Source: Escherichia coli (GTDB taxonomy: Bacteria > Pseudomonadota > Gammaproteobacteria > Enterobacterales > Enterobacteriaceae). From it: 64,000 bases of DNA. The stretch's first letter is position 1. The number at the start of each line of letters is the position of its first letter. The notes under the pieces were generated by a model, which saw only the letters and a program-made list of their open reading frames with translations, made no database searches and was not told where the DNA came from. This document shows positions 46,684 to 63,198 of the stretch, one piece after another. The stretch is from the NCBI RefSeq assembly GCF_024298765.1, contig NZ_CP101210.1; one strand, written 5' to 3'. A program made the translations under genes and the position numbers.

Positions 46684-47034
46684 TTACAACATTGTCAGTG
46701 AGTTAAGGCGGAATGTTTTTGGCTGACGCCAGTCCAGCTTATCGAGGAGCATTGCCAGTTGCGAGCGGGTAATGGATACCTTACCGTCACGCACCGCAGG
46801 CCAGATAAACTGGCCTTCCTCCAGGCGTTTGGTGAACAGGCACAGACCATCAGCATCGGCCCAGAGTATTTTAACAGTGTCACCCCGTCGGCCACGAAAG
46901 ATAAACAGGTGACCTGAGAAGGGGGTCTCATCCAGCACATGTTGTACCTGTTCTCCCAGACCGTTGAAGGATTTACGCATATCGGTAACGCCGGCCACGA
47001 GCCAGATGCGGGTACCTGATGGGAGTGAGATCAT
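46684..47034 (-). CDS. IS66 Orf2 (TnpB)
   Basis: 116 aa: MISLPSGTRIWLVAGVTDMRKSFNGLGEQVQHVL...FIFRGRRGDTVKILWADADGLCLFTKRLEEGQFIWP. Confidence 0.9.
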   Translation of the reverse strand: MISLPSGTRIWLVAGVTDMRKSFNGLGEQVQHVLDETPFSGHLFIFRGRRGDTVKILWADADGLCLFTKRLEEGQFIWPAVRDGKVSITRSQLAMLLDKLDWRQPKTFRLNSLTML

Positions 47035-47325
47035 CTTCCCCTCCCGGTCAGTTCACGGATCAACACCGTGAGCAGCTCTGGTGAAGGATTTCCCAGTGTC
47101 ATTTTACCGTAATGGAATAGTTGGAGGCATTCTACGAGAAATACGTCCTTCTCTTTGCCAGAGACGTAGCCATTTAAAAATCAGGTTGTTATCAACGCCA
47201 TGTTCCCGGGCCAGTTGTGCAACATTGGCATTTGGTTTCGAAGCCAGTTCAACCATATGAAGCTTAAATTCATTAGAAAATATCCGGCGCGTCCCAGAGC
47301 GCCAGTCTGTAGGTTTATCCATCAA
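47035..47325 (-). pseudogene. IS66 Orf1 (TnpA), frame disrupted near 47104
   Basis: The 73-aa ORF (HTH ...NANVAQLAREHGVDNNLIFKWLRLW...) stops at 47104. The expected C-terminus ...PELLTVLIRELTGRGR, with an ATGA overlap to tnpB, is in another frame. Confidence 0.6.
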
Positions 47326-47639
47326 TAGAACTCCGTCTAATTTAGAAGGAGCTCTAATTTAGTCTGCAAGGATCAGGAGTTACAGACGGCATTGGCTTTA
47401 CGCTTACGAACAATATCGACTGCGAATCGGGAATTATCTTTGACAACGATGAGGATAAAACAGATTCGGCAGTACTGTTTCCCTGGATTGAACGTGCATG
47501 TCAGGACGTTCGCGAGCTGTGTCAGTTTCAACGTCTGCAAAAGACCCGTACAGATTAACTCCCTGTCCGTACTCATTACACACATACACGTGCCAGCCCC
47601 CACCGGCTGGCGCTTTGCTTTGTATAAAGGAAATAAATA

Positions 47640-48497
47640 ATGTCAGAACCTACTCTCACCAACCCCGAAGTATTAACCGATCATACCGATGTGATTTGCT
47701 CCACCAGTATTGAACGCATCGTCACCGGACGTAATGCGGCGCTGACACAGATTGAAGCATTGCTCCACCAGATTAACGATATTTCGACACAAACCCTCAG
47801 TATCGGCGGAAAAACCGCCCTGGACTGGGTCATGAAACAGGATTTTCGCTGTGGTTGCTGGCTTATGGAGAAGCCTGAAACAGCGATGAAAGCCATTACC
47901 CGCAATCTCGATCGCGGTAAATGGCGGGATTTAATGAAACGCTCAGGGATGCTGTCGATTATGGACGCTCAGGCCCGTAACCAGTGGTACAACAGCCTAG
48001 AAAAGGATGATATTCCGGTGGTCAGCGAAGCGAATATTCTGAGCACCTTTAAGCAACTGCATTTGAACAAGGGTGAGGTGTTTTAGCGTGGCGTCATTAA
48101 CGTTTTCAAAGGATTAAGCTGGAATTTTAAGACGAATTCGCCCTGCGGGTTTGGAGCGAAAATCATTGTGACGGGACTGGTCAAATTCGACCGGTGGGGA
48201 TTCGGGCTTAACCATGGCTGACAGCGTGACCGGTTAGCAGACCTTGAGCGAATGCTGATGATCCTTGACGGGAAGCCTGTTCCCGACAACCGCGCTGACG
48301 TTACCCGTCGGCTGGGAGACCATATTCATGAAAACCGGCACAGCAACCACTATGAGGATGAGATGTTTGTGATTAAGTATTTTCAGAAGGGAACTGCACA
48401 AATCGTATTCAAGCGACCTGAGCTGATTGATAAGCTGAACAACATCATCGCCCGACACCAATCCGGGAGCACTGCCAGCGAGATGAGAGGTGAGTGA
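47640..48497 (+). pseudogene. DUF4942-type protein with two in-frame nonsense codons
   Basis: A single reading frame is interrupted by TAG at 48084 and TGA near 48220 (…NKGEVF*RGVINVFKGLSWNFKTNSPCGFGAKIIVTGLVKFDRWGFGLNHG*QRDRLADLERML…). Confidence 0.6.
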
Positions 48498-48580
48498 GTT
48501 GTCTGAAGCTATTTCAGGTGAGCCAGTGCAAGCCGGACGGCAATGGCATACTGGATGGCATACCGAAAAAACAAGCATAT

Positions 48581-48610
48581 AAAAGGCCATGCTAATCAAC
48601 AGCATGGCCT
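48581..48610 (-). terminator. aspV rho-independent terminator
   Basis: The minus strand reads aggccatgct-gttgatt-agcatggcc followed by tttt, immediately 3' of the tRNA. Confidence 0.7.
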
Positions 48611-48617
48611 CGAATAG

Positions 48618-48694
48618 TGGCGGAACGGACGGGACTCGAACCCGCGACCCCCTGCGTGACAGGCAGGTATTCTAACCGACTGAACTACCGCTCC
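48618..48694 (-). tRNA. aspV: tRNA-Asp (GUC)
   Basis: The reverse complement is GGAGCGGTAGTTCAGTCGGTTAGAATACCTGCCTGTCACGCAGGGGGTCGCGGGTTCGAGTCCCGTCCGTTCCGCCA. It follows dnaQ as in K-12. Confidence 0.97.
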
Positions 48695-48826
48695 GCGTTG
48701 TGTTCCGTTGGGAACGAGGCGAATATTACGGATTGCCTCACCCTTCGTCAACGGTTTTTCTCATCTTTTGAATCGTTTGCTGCAAAAATCGCCCAAGTCG
48801 CTATTTTTAGCGCCTTTTACAGGTAT

Positions 48827-49558
48827 TTATGCCCGCCAGAGGCAGCTTCCGCCCTTCTTCTGCACCAGATCGAGACGGGCTTCATGTGCTGCAAGCTCTT
48901 CATCTGTCGCAAAAACAACGCGTAACTTACTTGCCTGACGCACAATGCGCTGAATTGTTGTTTCACCTTGTTGCTGTTGTGTCTCTCCTTCCATCGCAAA
49001 AGCCATCGACGTTTGACCACCGGTCATCGCCAGATAAACTTCCGCAAGGATCTGGGCATCGAGTAATGCCCCATGCAGCGTTCGTTTACTGTTATCTATT
49101 TCGTAGCGGGCACATAACGCATCGAGGCTGTTGCGTTTACCGGGAAACATTTTCCTCGCCACCGCAAGGCTATCGGTGACCTTACAGAAGGTATTGGTCT
49201 TCGGAATATCGCGCTTAAGCAACGAAAACTCGTAGTCCATAAAGCCGATATCAAACGCTGCGTTATGGATCACCAACTCCGCGCCGCGGATATAATCCAT
49301 GAACTCATCGGCTACCTCGGCAAACGTGGGCTTATCGAGCAAAAATTCATCGGCAATACCATGTACGCCAAAGGCTTCCGGATCCACCAGCCGATCGGGT
49401 TTGAGATAAACATGGAAGTTATTGCCCGTCAGGCGACGGTTCACCACTTCAACGGCACCAATCTCAATGATCTTGTGGCCTTCATAGTGCGCACCAATCT
49501 GGTTCATACCGGTGGTTTCGGTATCGAGAACGATCTGGCGTGTAATTGCAGTGCTCAT
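48827..49558 (-). CDS. dnaQ: DNA polymerase III epsilon subunit (3'-5' proofreading exonuclease)
   Basis: [39 protein letters not shown]... matches K-12 DnaQ (243 aa from the MSTAIT start). The ORF track begins 3 codons earlier. Confidence 0.97.
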   Translation of the reverse strand: MSTAITRQIVLDTETTGMNQIGAHYEGHKIIEIGAVEVVNRRLTGNNFHVYLKPDRLVDPEAFGVHGIADEFLLDKPTFAEVADEFMDYIRGAELVIHNAAFDIGFMDYEFSLLKRDIPKTNTFCKVTDSLAVARKMFPGKRNSLDALCARYEIDNSKRTLHGALLDAQILAEVYLAMTGGQTSMAFAMEGETQQQQGETTIQRIVRQASKLRVVFATDEELAAHEARLDLVQKKGGSCLWRA

Positions 49559-49622
49559 AGCGGTCATTTATGTCAGACTTGTCGTTTTACAGTTCGATTC
49601 AATTACAGGAAGTCTACCAGAG

Positions 49623-50090
49623 ATGCTTAAACAGGTAGAAATTTTCACCGATGGTTCGTGTCTGGGTAATCCAGGACCTGGGGGTTACGGCGCTATTTTA
49701 CGCTATCGCGGACGCGAGAAAACCTTTAGCGCTGGCTACACCCGCACCACCAACAACCGTATGGAGTTGATGGCCGCTATTGTCGCGCTGGAGGCGTTAA
49801 AAGAACATTGCGAAGTCATTTTGAGTACCGACAGCCAGTATGTCCGCCAGGGTATCACCAAGTGGATCCATAACTGGAAAAAACGTGGCTGGAAAACAGC
49901 AGACAAAAAACCAGTAAAAAATGTCGATCTCTGGCAACGTCTTGATGCTGCTCTGGGGCAGCATCAAATCAAATGGGAATGGGTTAAAGGCCATGCCGGA
50001 CACCCGGAAAACGAACGCTGTGATGAACTGGCTCGTGCTGCGGCAATGAATCCCACACTGGAAGATACAGGCTATCAAGTCGAAGTTTAA
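49623..50090 (+). CDS. rnhA: Ribonuclease HI
   Basis: [59 protein letters not shown]..., 155 aa, divergent from dnaQ as in K-12. Confidence 0.97.
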   Translation: MLKQVEIFTDGSCLGNPGPGGYGAILRYRGREKTFSAGYTRTTNNRMELMAAIVALEALKEHCEVILSTDSQYVRQGITKWIHNWKKRGWKTADKKPVKNVDLWQRLDAALGQHQIKWEWVKGHAGHPENERCDELARAAAMNPTLEDTGYQVEV

Positions 50091-50809
50091 GCCTGTGGTT
50101 TACGACATTGCCGGGTGGCACCAACCGCCTGGCGAATTCGCGGTTTATTCTTGCTCTGTTTCATCGGATTTAGCGTTAAAGGAATAGTCCGTTTCCGGGC
50201 AACAATAAGTTGTAAGCAACCAAGCGCAGGAATATGCGCATTCAATAGTTTTCCTCCGTGTTTGTTCCACGGAAGAACGTGGAAACGGCTGGCGTGTAGC
50301 ACTTCAAAATTCAACAAAGAGAGCCAGTCCAGCTGCCGCATCAGAGTGAACATCCGGCTGTTATAGGGCGATGTTTTGCGCAATACCGGCACAAGTTTGC
50401 GTAATCCCATTAAACTGATGGGATTGAAGCCACTAATCACCAGCCAGCCATCATCAATCAGTACCCGATCGGCTTCACGCAATAAACGATGCGGATCAGT
50501 GCACCACGGCAATGTATGTGCCAGTAGACAAACATCAACGGATTTATCGGCAAAAGGAAGATGAAGTGGATCCGCCTGCACCTGGACGGGCATTCCTTGC
50601 GCAGAAACATTCACTTGATGAGAAACCGCGCACGCTTCGCAATTGATTTCTGCGCTTAAATTGCCAATCTTAAGCAGATGAAAACCATACATTTTAGTGA
50701 ACCACGGGTTGAGCTGACGCTCCAGCGCCTTGCGATAAAGCTCTCCCCAGGGCAAATCGCCCCAGCAATCAGGAGCCACGACAGTTTGAGGGACTCTTGC
50801 CGGTTTCAT
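50087..50809 (-). CDS. yafS: SAM-dependent methyltransferase YafS
   Basis: [37 protein letters not shown]..., 240 aa from M7 of the 246-aa ORF. K-12 synteny. Confidence 0.9.
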   Translation of the reverse strand: MKPARVPQTVVAPDCWGDLPWGELYRKALERQLNPWFTKMYGFHLLKIGNLSAEINCEACAVSHQVNVSAQGMPVQVQADPLHLPFADKSVDVCLLAHTLPWCTDPHRLLREADRVLIDDGWLVISGFNPISLMGLRKLVPVLRKTSPYNSRMFTLMRQLDWLSLLNFEVLHASRFHVLPWNKHGGKLLNAHIPALGCLQLIVARKRTIPLTLNPMKQSKNKPRIRQAVGATRQCRKPQA

Positions 50810-50839
50810 CACAACCTTCCGTTTCACACTGAGAGGTAA

Positions 50840-51598
<759 letters not shown>

Positions 51599-51669
51599 TA
51601 AAACTTTCTTGTCATCGGCTCCGTTCGCCGTTATGATCGGTCGTCTTTTAAGCAACTATTGACACACAC

Positions 51670-53028
51670 ATGAAGGCAAAAGCGATATTACTCGCCTCTG
51701 TCCTGCTCGTGGGTTGCCAGAGTACCGGCAACGTTCAACAGCACGCACAGAGCCTTTCTGCAGCTGGTCAAGGGGAAGCAGCAAAGTTTACAAGTCAGGC
51801 ACGATGGATGGACGATGGGACGTCTATCGCGCCAGATGGTGACTTGTGGGCTTTCATTGGCGACGAGCTAAAGATGGGAATTCCGGAAAACGACCGGATT
51901 CGCGAACAGAAACAGAAATATTTACGCAATAAGAGCTATCTCCACGATGTAACTTTACGGGCAGAGCCGTATATGTACTGGATAGCCGGGCAAGTTAAAA
52001 AACGTAACATGCCTATGGAACTGGTACTACTACCCATAGTGGAGAGCGCTTTTGATCCTCACGCAACGTCTGGCGCCAATGCCGCGGGCATCTGGCAGAT
52101 CATTCCGAGCACGGGGCGCAATTATGGTTTGAAACAGACACGCAATTATGACGCGCGTCGCGATGTTGTTGCTTCAACAACTGCCGCGCTGAACATGATG
52201 CAGCGTCTGAACAAGATGTTTGACGGCGACTGGCTTCTGACCGTAGCGGCTTATAACAGCGGCGAAGGTCGGGTCATGAAGGCAATTAAAACGAACAAAG
52301 CGCGTGGGAAATCCACGGACTTCTGGTCGTTACCGTTGCCGCAGGAAACGAAGCAGTACGTGCCTAAAATGCTGGCATTGAGTGATATTCTCAAAAACAG
52401 CAAGCGTTATGGCGTACGTCTGCCAACGACCGATGAAAGCCGTGCTCTGGCGCGTGTGCACCTGAGCAGCCCGGTTGAAATGGCGAAGGTTGCAGATATG
52501 GCGGGGATTTCCGTCAGCAAGCTGAAGACATTCAACGCAGGCGTGAAAGGCTCCACGCTGGGCGCAAGTGGTCCGCAGTACGTGATGGTGCCAAAGAAGC
52601 ATGCAGATCAACTGCGTGAATCTCTGGCTTCAGGCGAAATTGCTGCTGTACAGTCGACGCTGGTTGCCGACAATACGCCGCTTAACAGCCGTGTTTACAC
52701 CGTACGCTCTGGCGACACGCTTTCAAGTATCGCTTCACGTCTCGGCGTAAGCACCAAAGATTTGCAGCAGTGGAACAAACTGCGCGGATCTAAGCTGAAG
52801 CCAGGCCAAAGTTTGACGATTGGTGCAGGCAGTAGCGCACAGCGACTGGCAAACAACAGCGATAGCATTACGTATCGTGTGCGCAAAGGCGATTCGCTTT
52901 CAAGCATTGCTAAACGCCACGGCGTGAACATCAAAGATGTAATGCGCTGGAACAGCGACACTGCGAATCTGCAACCAGGCGATAAGCTGACGTTGTTTGT
53001 GAAAAACAACAACATGCCAGATTCCTGA
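51670..53028 (+). CDS. mltD: Membrane-bound lytic murein transglycosylase D
   Basis: 452 aa with lipoprotein signal LLASVLLVGCQ, an SLT domain and two C-terminal LysM repeats (YTVRSGDTLSSIASRLGV, YRVRKGDSLSSIAKRHGV). Confidence 0.95.
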   Translation: MKAKAILLASVLLVGCQSTGNVQQHAQSLSAAGQGEAAKFTSQARWMDDGTSIAPDGDLWAFIGDELKMGIPENDRIREQKQKYLRNKSYLHDVTLRAEPYMYWIAGQVKKRNMPMELVLLPIVESAFDPHATSGANAAGIWQIIPSTGRNYGLKQTRNYDARRDVVASTTAALNMMQRLNKMFDGDWLLTVAAYNSGEGRVMKAIKTNKARGKSTDFWSLPLPQETKQYVPKMLALSDILKNSKRYGVRLPTTDESRALARVHLSSPVEMAKVADMAGISVSKLKTFNAGVKGSTLGASGPQYVMVPKKHADQLRESLASGEIAAVQSTLVADNTPLNSRVYTVRSGDTLSSIASRLGVSTKDLQQWNKLRGSKLKPGQSLTIGAGSSAQRLANNSDSITYRVRKGDSLSSIAKRHGVNIKDVMRWNSDTANLQPGDKLTLFVKNNNMPDS

Positions 53029-53041
53029 CAAACCAGATAAT

Positions 53042-53075
53042 AAAAAAGGCACCGATTCCCCCGGTGCCTTTTTTA
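53042..53075. terminator. Bidirectional rho-independent terminator between mltD and yafE
   Basis: aaaaaaggcaccg-attcccc-cggtgcctttttt has A and T runs on both sides of a GC stem. Confidence 0.75.
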
Positions 53076-53076
53076 T

Positions 53077-53847
53077 TTATGCCGCTTTATGTGCTTCTAG
53101 CATGATGATATCACTGGTGAAAGAGCCATCATTCTGCAAGGCAAAATACGTTTTCACCTCTGTCGATGCGCTCTGTTGGTAAATGCGAATAGCGTCTACT
53201 AACGCTTCTGGCGTACGCATTCTCGCTACCCATGAAGAAAATTCCAGCGGTAACTTATCTGTAATTAAATTATCAACTATCAGATTGGCTTCACTGATTA
53301 ACGTCAACCACTCACCGCTGGCGTAGTTTCGTACGTGAGAGGTATCGCGTAATGCTTCTACCGTCTGTAACCAGATGTCGCGCACTGGATGACCCGGAGA
53401 CATTACGTCCATCACAATCAGCCTACCGCCAGGTTTCAATATCCTATTCACTTCTCGCAGTGCTGCACCAACATCATGCCAGTGATGGGCAGAATAACGG
53501 CTGATAACAATATCAAATGCGTTATCGGCAAATGGCAGGCTTTCGACATAACCCTGGCGGGTGGTGATATTTTTCAGTTGCCGGGCTTCGGCAGCTTGTG
53601 CCACAACATCCAGCATATGGGCAGATAAGTCATACGCCACCACCGTGCTCACGTTTTGCGCAGCGACAAAGCTGGCATGCCCTGCTCCGCAGCCCATATC
53701 AAGTACACTTGCATCAGGATAATCAGCCAGACGCACCGCCAGACGCTGTAAATCTCGTCCGGATGCATGTACGGTACTGGTCAGATATTCGCTGGCTTGA
53801 GAGCTAAACTGCTTTTCTACGTGGTCATGGTGGGATTGTGTTGTCAT
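53077..53847 (-). CDS. yafE: SAM-dependent methyltransferase YafE
   Basis: 256-aa ORF with motif I VLDMGCGAGH. K-12 synteny. As I recall, the K-12 annotation uses a later start. Confidence 0.85.
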   Translation of the reverse strand: MTTQSHHDHVEKQFSSQASEYLTSTVHASGRDLQRLAVRLADYPDASVLDMGCGAGHASFVAAQNVSTVVAYDLSAHMLDVVAQAAEARQLKNITTRQGYVESLPFADNAFDIVISRYSAHHWHDVGAALREVNRILKPGGRLIVMDVMSPGHPVRDIWLQTVEALRDTSHVRNYASGEWLTLISEANLIVDNLITDKLPLEFSSWVARMRTPEALVDAIRIYQQSASTEVKTYFALQNDGSFTSDIIMLEAHKAA

Positions 53848-53924
53848 TGCGCTGTCCTTTTGTTATTTGAGTATAAAAGGGCAGCGCCAAACGTTGGTCT
53901 GCCCTGTGGCAGACCTGACATACC

Positions 53925-54776
<852 letters not shown>

Positions 54777-54965
54777 CTACTGTTATAGGGATTTTAGCTC
54801 ACTCTTTCAACGAGCAATTGTATATTGTTATGTAAGCAAGTGCTTACACCGGTCAGGATTTTGCTCATTATTGAGAACATTAAATCGGATGGCATATCTC
54901 GCATCCTGATGGTTTAATGACAAATAAATTCAAAATATCTCTTCTATTTTGCAACAGGAGCAAAA

Positions 54966-55880
54966 ATGAAAGCCACGTCGGAAGAACTCGCCATTTTTGT
55001 TTCAGTCGTCGAAAGCGGCAGCTTTAGCCGGGCAGCGGAACAATTAGGGCAAGCAAACTCAGCGGTAAGCCGGGCGGTGAAAAAGCTGGAGATGAAACTT
55101 GGCGTTAGCCTGCTTAATCGGACCACGCGGCAACTTAGCCTGACGGAAGAAGGCGAGCGTTATTTTCGTCGCGTACAGTCAATTTTGCAGGAGATGGCAG
55201 CGGCAGAATCAGAAATTATGGAGACGCGTAATACACCGCGTGGACTGTTACGGATCGATGCCGCAACTCCAGTGGTGCTGCACTTTCTGATGCCGTTGAT
55301 TAAGCCTTTTCGTGAACGCTATCCGGAAGTCACTTTATCGCTAGTCTCCTCCGAAACGATTATTAATTTGATCGAAAGAAAAGTGGATGTCGCGATACGC
55401 GCCGGTACGTTAACGGATTCCAGCTTACGTGCCAGGCCGTTATTTAACAGTTATCGAAAAATTATCGCCTCCCCCGATTATATTTCCCGCTACGGGAAGC
55501 CAGAAACGATCGACGATTTAAAGCAACATATTTGCCTGGGATTCACTGAACCCGCTTCCCTCAATACCTGGCCGATAGCCTGTAGCGATGGACAATTACA
55601 TGAGGTGAAGTACGGTTTGTCCTCCAATAGTGGGGAAACACTGAAACAGCTTTGCCTGAGTGGCAACGGGATTGCGTGTTTGTCCGACTACATGATCGAC
55701 AAAGAAATCGCTCGCGGAGAATTGGTGGAGTTAATGGCAGATAAAGTGTTGCCAGTGGAAATGCCATTCAGTGCAGTCTATTACAGCGACCGTGCGGTAA
55801 GTACGCGCATCCGGGCTTTTATCGATTTCCTTAGCGAGCATGTAAAAACAGCTCCCGGAGGAGCTGTCAGAGAGGCTTAA
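54966..55880 (+). CDS. yafC: LysR-family transcriptional regulator YafC
   Basis: 304 aa with the N-terminal w[39 protein letters not shown]-12 synteny. Confidence 0.9.
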   Translation: MKATSEELAIFVSVVESGSFSRAAEQLGQANSAVSRAVKKLEMKLGVSLLNRTTRQLSLTEEGERYFRRVQSILQEMAAAESEIMETRNTPRGLLRIDAATPVVLHFLMPLIKPFRERYPEVTLSLVSSETIINLIERKVDVAIRAGTLTDSSLRARPLFNSYRKIIASPDYISRYGKPETIDDLKQHICLGFTEPASLNTWPIACSDGQLHEVKYGLSSNSGETLKQLCLSGNGIACLSDYMIDKEIARGELVELMADKVLPVEMPFSAVYYSDRAVSTRIRAFIDFLSEHVKTAPGGAVREA

Positions 55881-56680
55881 TCCCATTCAGGAGCCAGACC
55901 TTCCGGGCTAACCAGGCGGTCGTTGCAATCCAGTGCGGCGATCGCTTTTTTATCTTCGGCATCAAGCTGTAAATTTTGTGCCTTAAGATTACTCTCCAGG
56001 TTTTCACGTTTAGTAGAAGAAGGAATTACTGAGTAACCTTCCCCCATAGCCCACGCCAGAATCACTTGAGCCGGAGTCGCATTGTGTTTAGCTGCAATAC
56101 GAGCAATAACCTTATCTTTCAGTGCATTGCCATACGCCAGAGTCATATAGGAAGTAATATGGATACCGTGCTGTTTAGCCCAAGCGACCACTTTACGGTT
56201 TTGCAGATAAGGAGAGAGTTCAATCTGGTTAGTAGCGATGTTTTCAGCGCCAACAGCAGCAATCGCTTTTTCCATCAATGGGATCGTGAAGTTGGAAATA
56301 CCGATCTCACGCGTCAGCCCTTGTTTTTTGGCTTCCAGCAGCGCCTGCATAAACTCTTCAGCAGAGACTTCATCGCTTGGTGACGGCCAGTGGATTAGCG
56401 TCAGATCAACATAATCGGTACGCAATTTTTGCAGGCTCTCTTTCAGACTCGGGATCAATTTGTCTTTGCTGAGATTTTCAATCCAGATTTTAGTGGTGAT
56501 GTAGAGTTCATGACGTGGCACGCCACTTTCTGCAATCGCCTGACCTACTGCGGCTTCGTTATCATAGATTTGTGCGGTATCAATTGCGCGATAATCAAGT
56601 TCAAGCGCCGTTTTCACAGATGAAATAACAACGTCGTCTTTCAGACGGAAAGTGCCTAAACCAAATGCAGGGATAGCCAT
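55877..56680 (-). CDS. dkgB: 2,5-diketo-D-gluconate reductase B (aldo-keto reductase)
   Basis: 267 aa: [49 protein letters not shown]... K-12 synteny. Confidence 0.95.
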   Translation of the reverse strand: MAIPAFGLGTFRLKDDVVISSVKTALELDYRAIDTAQIYDNEAAVGQAIAESGVPRHELYITTKIWIENLSKDKLIPSLKESLQKLRTDYVDLTLIHWPSPSDEVSAEEFMQALLEAKKQGLTREIGISNFTIPLMEKAIAAVGAENIATNQIELSPYLQNRKVVAWAKQHGIHITSYMTLAYGNALKDKVIARIAAKHNATPAQVILAWAMGEGYSVIPSSTKRENLESNLKAQNLQLDAEDKKAIAALDCNDRLVSPEGLAPEWD

Positions 56681-56842
56681 AATATGCCTCTTTTAATGCT
56701 ATTTTCGTTAACTGAGGTGATTATGGGCTTCAGACTGTTGTGGAAAAATGGCGTAAAACGCAGAGGATTTTTGCGATTTTGGCAATAATAGAAATACAAA
56801 CGAAAAAAAACCTCGAGCGTTAACTCGAGGCTTCTTAATAAG

Positions 56843-56919
56843 TGGCGGAACGGACGGGACTCGAACCCGCGACCCCCTGCGTGACAGGCAGGTATTCTAA
56901 CCGACTGAACTACCGCTCC
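56843..56919 (-). tRNA. aspU: tRNA-Asp (GUC), distal tRNA of rrnH
   Basis: Sequence is identical to the aspV copy at 48618-48694. It lies downstream of the 5S rRNA. Confidence 0.97.
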
Positions 56920-56970
56920 ACCGAATTCTTTTACAACCACCGGTTTATAACCGGCTTACTGCTAAATTTG

Positions 56971-57090
56971 ATGCCTGGCAGTTCCCTACTCTCGCATGGG
57001 GAGACCCCACACTACCATCGGCGCTACGGCGTTTCACTTCTGAGTTCGGCATGGGGTCAGGTGGGACCACCGCGCTAAGGCCGCCAGGCA
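56971..57090 (-). rRNA. rrfH: 5S ribosomal RNA
   Basis: The reverse complement begins TGCCTGGCGGCC... and ends ...GGGAACTGCCAGGCAT. 120 nt. Confidence 0.97.
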
Positions 57091-57188
57091 AATTCTGTTT
57101 TATCAACACGTCTCGTTATGACCTGTCGATTTAATCTGTATCAGGCTGAAAATCTTCTCTCTATCCGCCAAAACACCTTCGGCGTTGT

Positions 57189-60094
<2,906 letters not shown>

Positions 60095-60268
60095 TCACAA
60101 CCCGAAGATGTTTCACTTCAGAGTTGCGAAAATTTGAGAGACTCACGAACAACTTTCGTTGTTCAGTGTTTCAATTTTCAGCTTGATCCAGATTTTTAAA
60201 GAGCAAAACTTCGCAGTGAACCTTTGCAGGTACACTCTGAAGTATTTTTTATTTAATCACTACAGAGA

Positions 60269-60344
60269 TGGTGGAGCTATGCGGGATCGAACCGCAGACC
60301 TCCTGCGTGCAAAGCAGGCGCTCTCCCAGCTGAGCTATAGCCCC
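60269..60344 (-). tRNA. alaV: tRNA-Ala (UGC), spacer tRNA
   Basis: The reverse complement is GGGGCTATAGCTCAGCTGGGAGAGCGCCTGCTTTGCACGCAGGAGGTCTGCGGTTCGATCCCGCATAGCTCCACCA. Confidence 0.97.
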
Positions 60345-60386
60345 ATAACATGTAGTTAAAACCTCTTCAAATTTGCCGTGCAAATT

Positions 60387-60463
<77 letters not shown>

Positions 60464-60531
60464 GTAGAGGTTTTACTGCTCATTTTCATCAGACAATCTG
60501 TGTGAGCACTGCAAAGAACGCTTCTTTAAGG

Positions 60532-62073
<1,542 letters not shown>

Positions 62074-62257
62074 AAAAGTTTGATGCTCAAAGAATTAAAC
62101 TTCGTAATGAATTACGTGTTCACTCTTGAGACTTGGTATTCATTTTTCGTCTTGCGACGTTAAGAATCCGTATCTTCGAGTGCCCACACAGATTGTCTGA
62201 TAAATTGTTAAAGAGCAGTTGCGACGCGGCTTTCAGCTCACTGTCGCGAGGTGGCGT

Positions 62258-62395
62258 ATATTACGCTTTCCTCTTTCAGAGTCAACCCTGAATTTCAGGA
62301 TTTTTCTCTTCAACCGAACCGGCTGTTTGTGTGAAGTGATTCACATCCGCCGTGTCGATGGAGGCGCATTATAGGGTGTCGGCTCAGGAAGACAA
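62258..62395 (-). promoter_or_regulatory. rrnH tandem promoters P1 and P2
   Basis: On the minus strand, P1 has TTGTCT (62395-62390), a 16-nt spacer, TATAAT (62373-62368) and the discriminator GCGCCTCC. P2 has TTGACT (62285-62280), a 16-nt spacer and TAATAT (62263-62258). Confidence 0.8.
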
Positions 62396-62438
62396 GCGGA
62401 AAAATGCATTTTTATTTCAACCGCTCATCTTTTAATCA

Positions 62439-63011
62439 TTACGCCGGTTTTTGCTGCTTTTTTATCGCTTGCGGCAGGTCTGCCAGGCTATTTAACACCC
62501 AATCCGCCGCGTTTTCTGCTTCAGGCGTAACAGGTTTACCCGTACGCACCAGCACTTTTGTTCCCACGTTCGCCGCAGCTGCTGCCTGCATATCTTCTAA
62601 TTTATCGCCCACCATATAAGAAGCGGCCATATCAATATGCAAATAATCGCGTGCTGACAAAAGCATCCCCGGATGTGGTTTGCGGCAGTCGCAGACCTGG
62701 CGAAACTCTTCAACACTACCCTGCGGATGATGCGGGCAATAATAGATACCATCCAGATCGACATCGCGGTCCGCCAGCGACCAGTCCATCCACTCGGTCA
62801 GCGTTTCAAACTGTGCTTCAGTAAATTTACCGCGAGCAATGCCAGACTGGTTGGTTACTACCACCAGCGCAAAGCCCATTTTTTTTAGCTCGCGCATGGC
62901 GTCAATAACACCGTCGATAAATTCAAAGTTGTCGATCTCATGGACATAGCCGTGATCGACATTAATGGTGCCATCACGGTCAAGAAAAATTGCGGGTACG
63001 CTCTTCGCCAC
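62439..63011 (-). CDS. gmhB: D-glycero-beta-D-manno-heptose-1,7-bisphosphate 7-phosphatase
   Basis: 190 aa with the HAD motif FLDRDGTIN and the zinc-binding CPHHP...C.CRKP. K-12 synteny next to rrnH. Confidence 0.95.
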   Translation of the reverse strand: MAKSVPAIFLDRDGTINVDHGYVHEIDNFEFIDGVIDAMRELKKMGFALVVVTNQSGIARGKFTEAQFETLTEWMDWSLADRDVDLDGIYYCPHHPQGSVEEFRQVCDCRKPHPGMLLSARDYLHIDMAASYMVGDKLEDMQAAAAANVGTKVLVRTGKPVTPEAENAADWVLNSLADLPQAIKKQQKPA

Positions 63012-63198
63012 CTTTTATAGCTCCTTAATAAGGCATGTGACGCTAGTATCGCATGTTTCGACCAGCAAGAAAGTGCTCTTCGCATAAACCTGATTGATTT
63101 AGACGTCTGGATGCCTTAACATCCATTTCATTGAAGGCGTTGCCCGTTCCAGGCATTCGAAATGCCACGACTAACTTAATGACGATAATAAATAATCA

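Larger units (their letters stand above)
45030..47407 (-). mobile_element. IS66-family element (2378 bp) with 8-bp target duplication
   Basis: Termini are gtaagcg (45030) and cgcttac (47407). A perfect direct repeat gaacaata occurs at 45022-45029 and 47408-47415. It has tnpA-tnpB-tnpC organisation. Confidence 0.9.
43857..47558 (+). pseudogene. DUF957-like small gene split by IS630 and an IS66-family element
   Basis: MTSLITETALEILIA (43857-43901), then IS630, then LQNN (45017-45028), then the IS66 element, then NNIDCESGIIFDNDEDKTDSAVLFPWIERACQDVRELCQFQRLQKTRTD(stop 47558). The reconstructed junction carries a TAG. Confidence 0.55.

Noticed and set aside
1-48500. Looked for functions often reported on aspV islands (type VI secretion, CdiAB, Pic-type autotransporter) and for a P4-type integrase, a reverse transcriptase/retron and restriction-modification genes
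   Set aside because: No ORF in the window shows the corresponding hallmarks. If present in this strain, they lie beyond the left edge.
48617-48938. ORFs beginning MAERTGLEPATPCVTGRYSNRLNYRS at 48617 and, identically, at 56842
   Set aside because: The N-terminal 26 residues are just the antisense translation of the two tRNA-Asp genes. They are not proteins.
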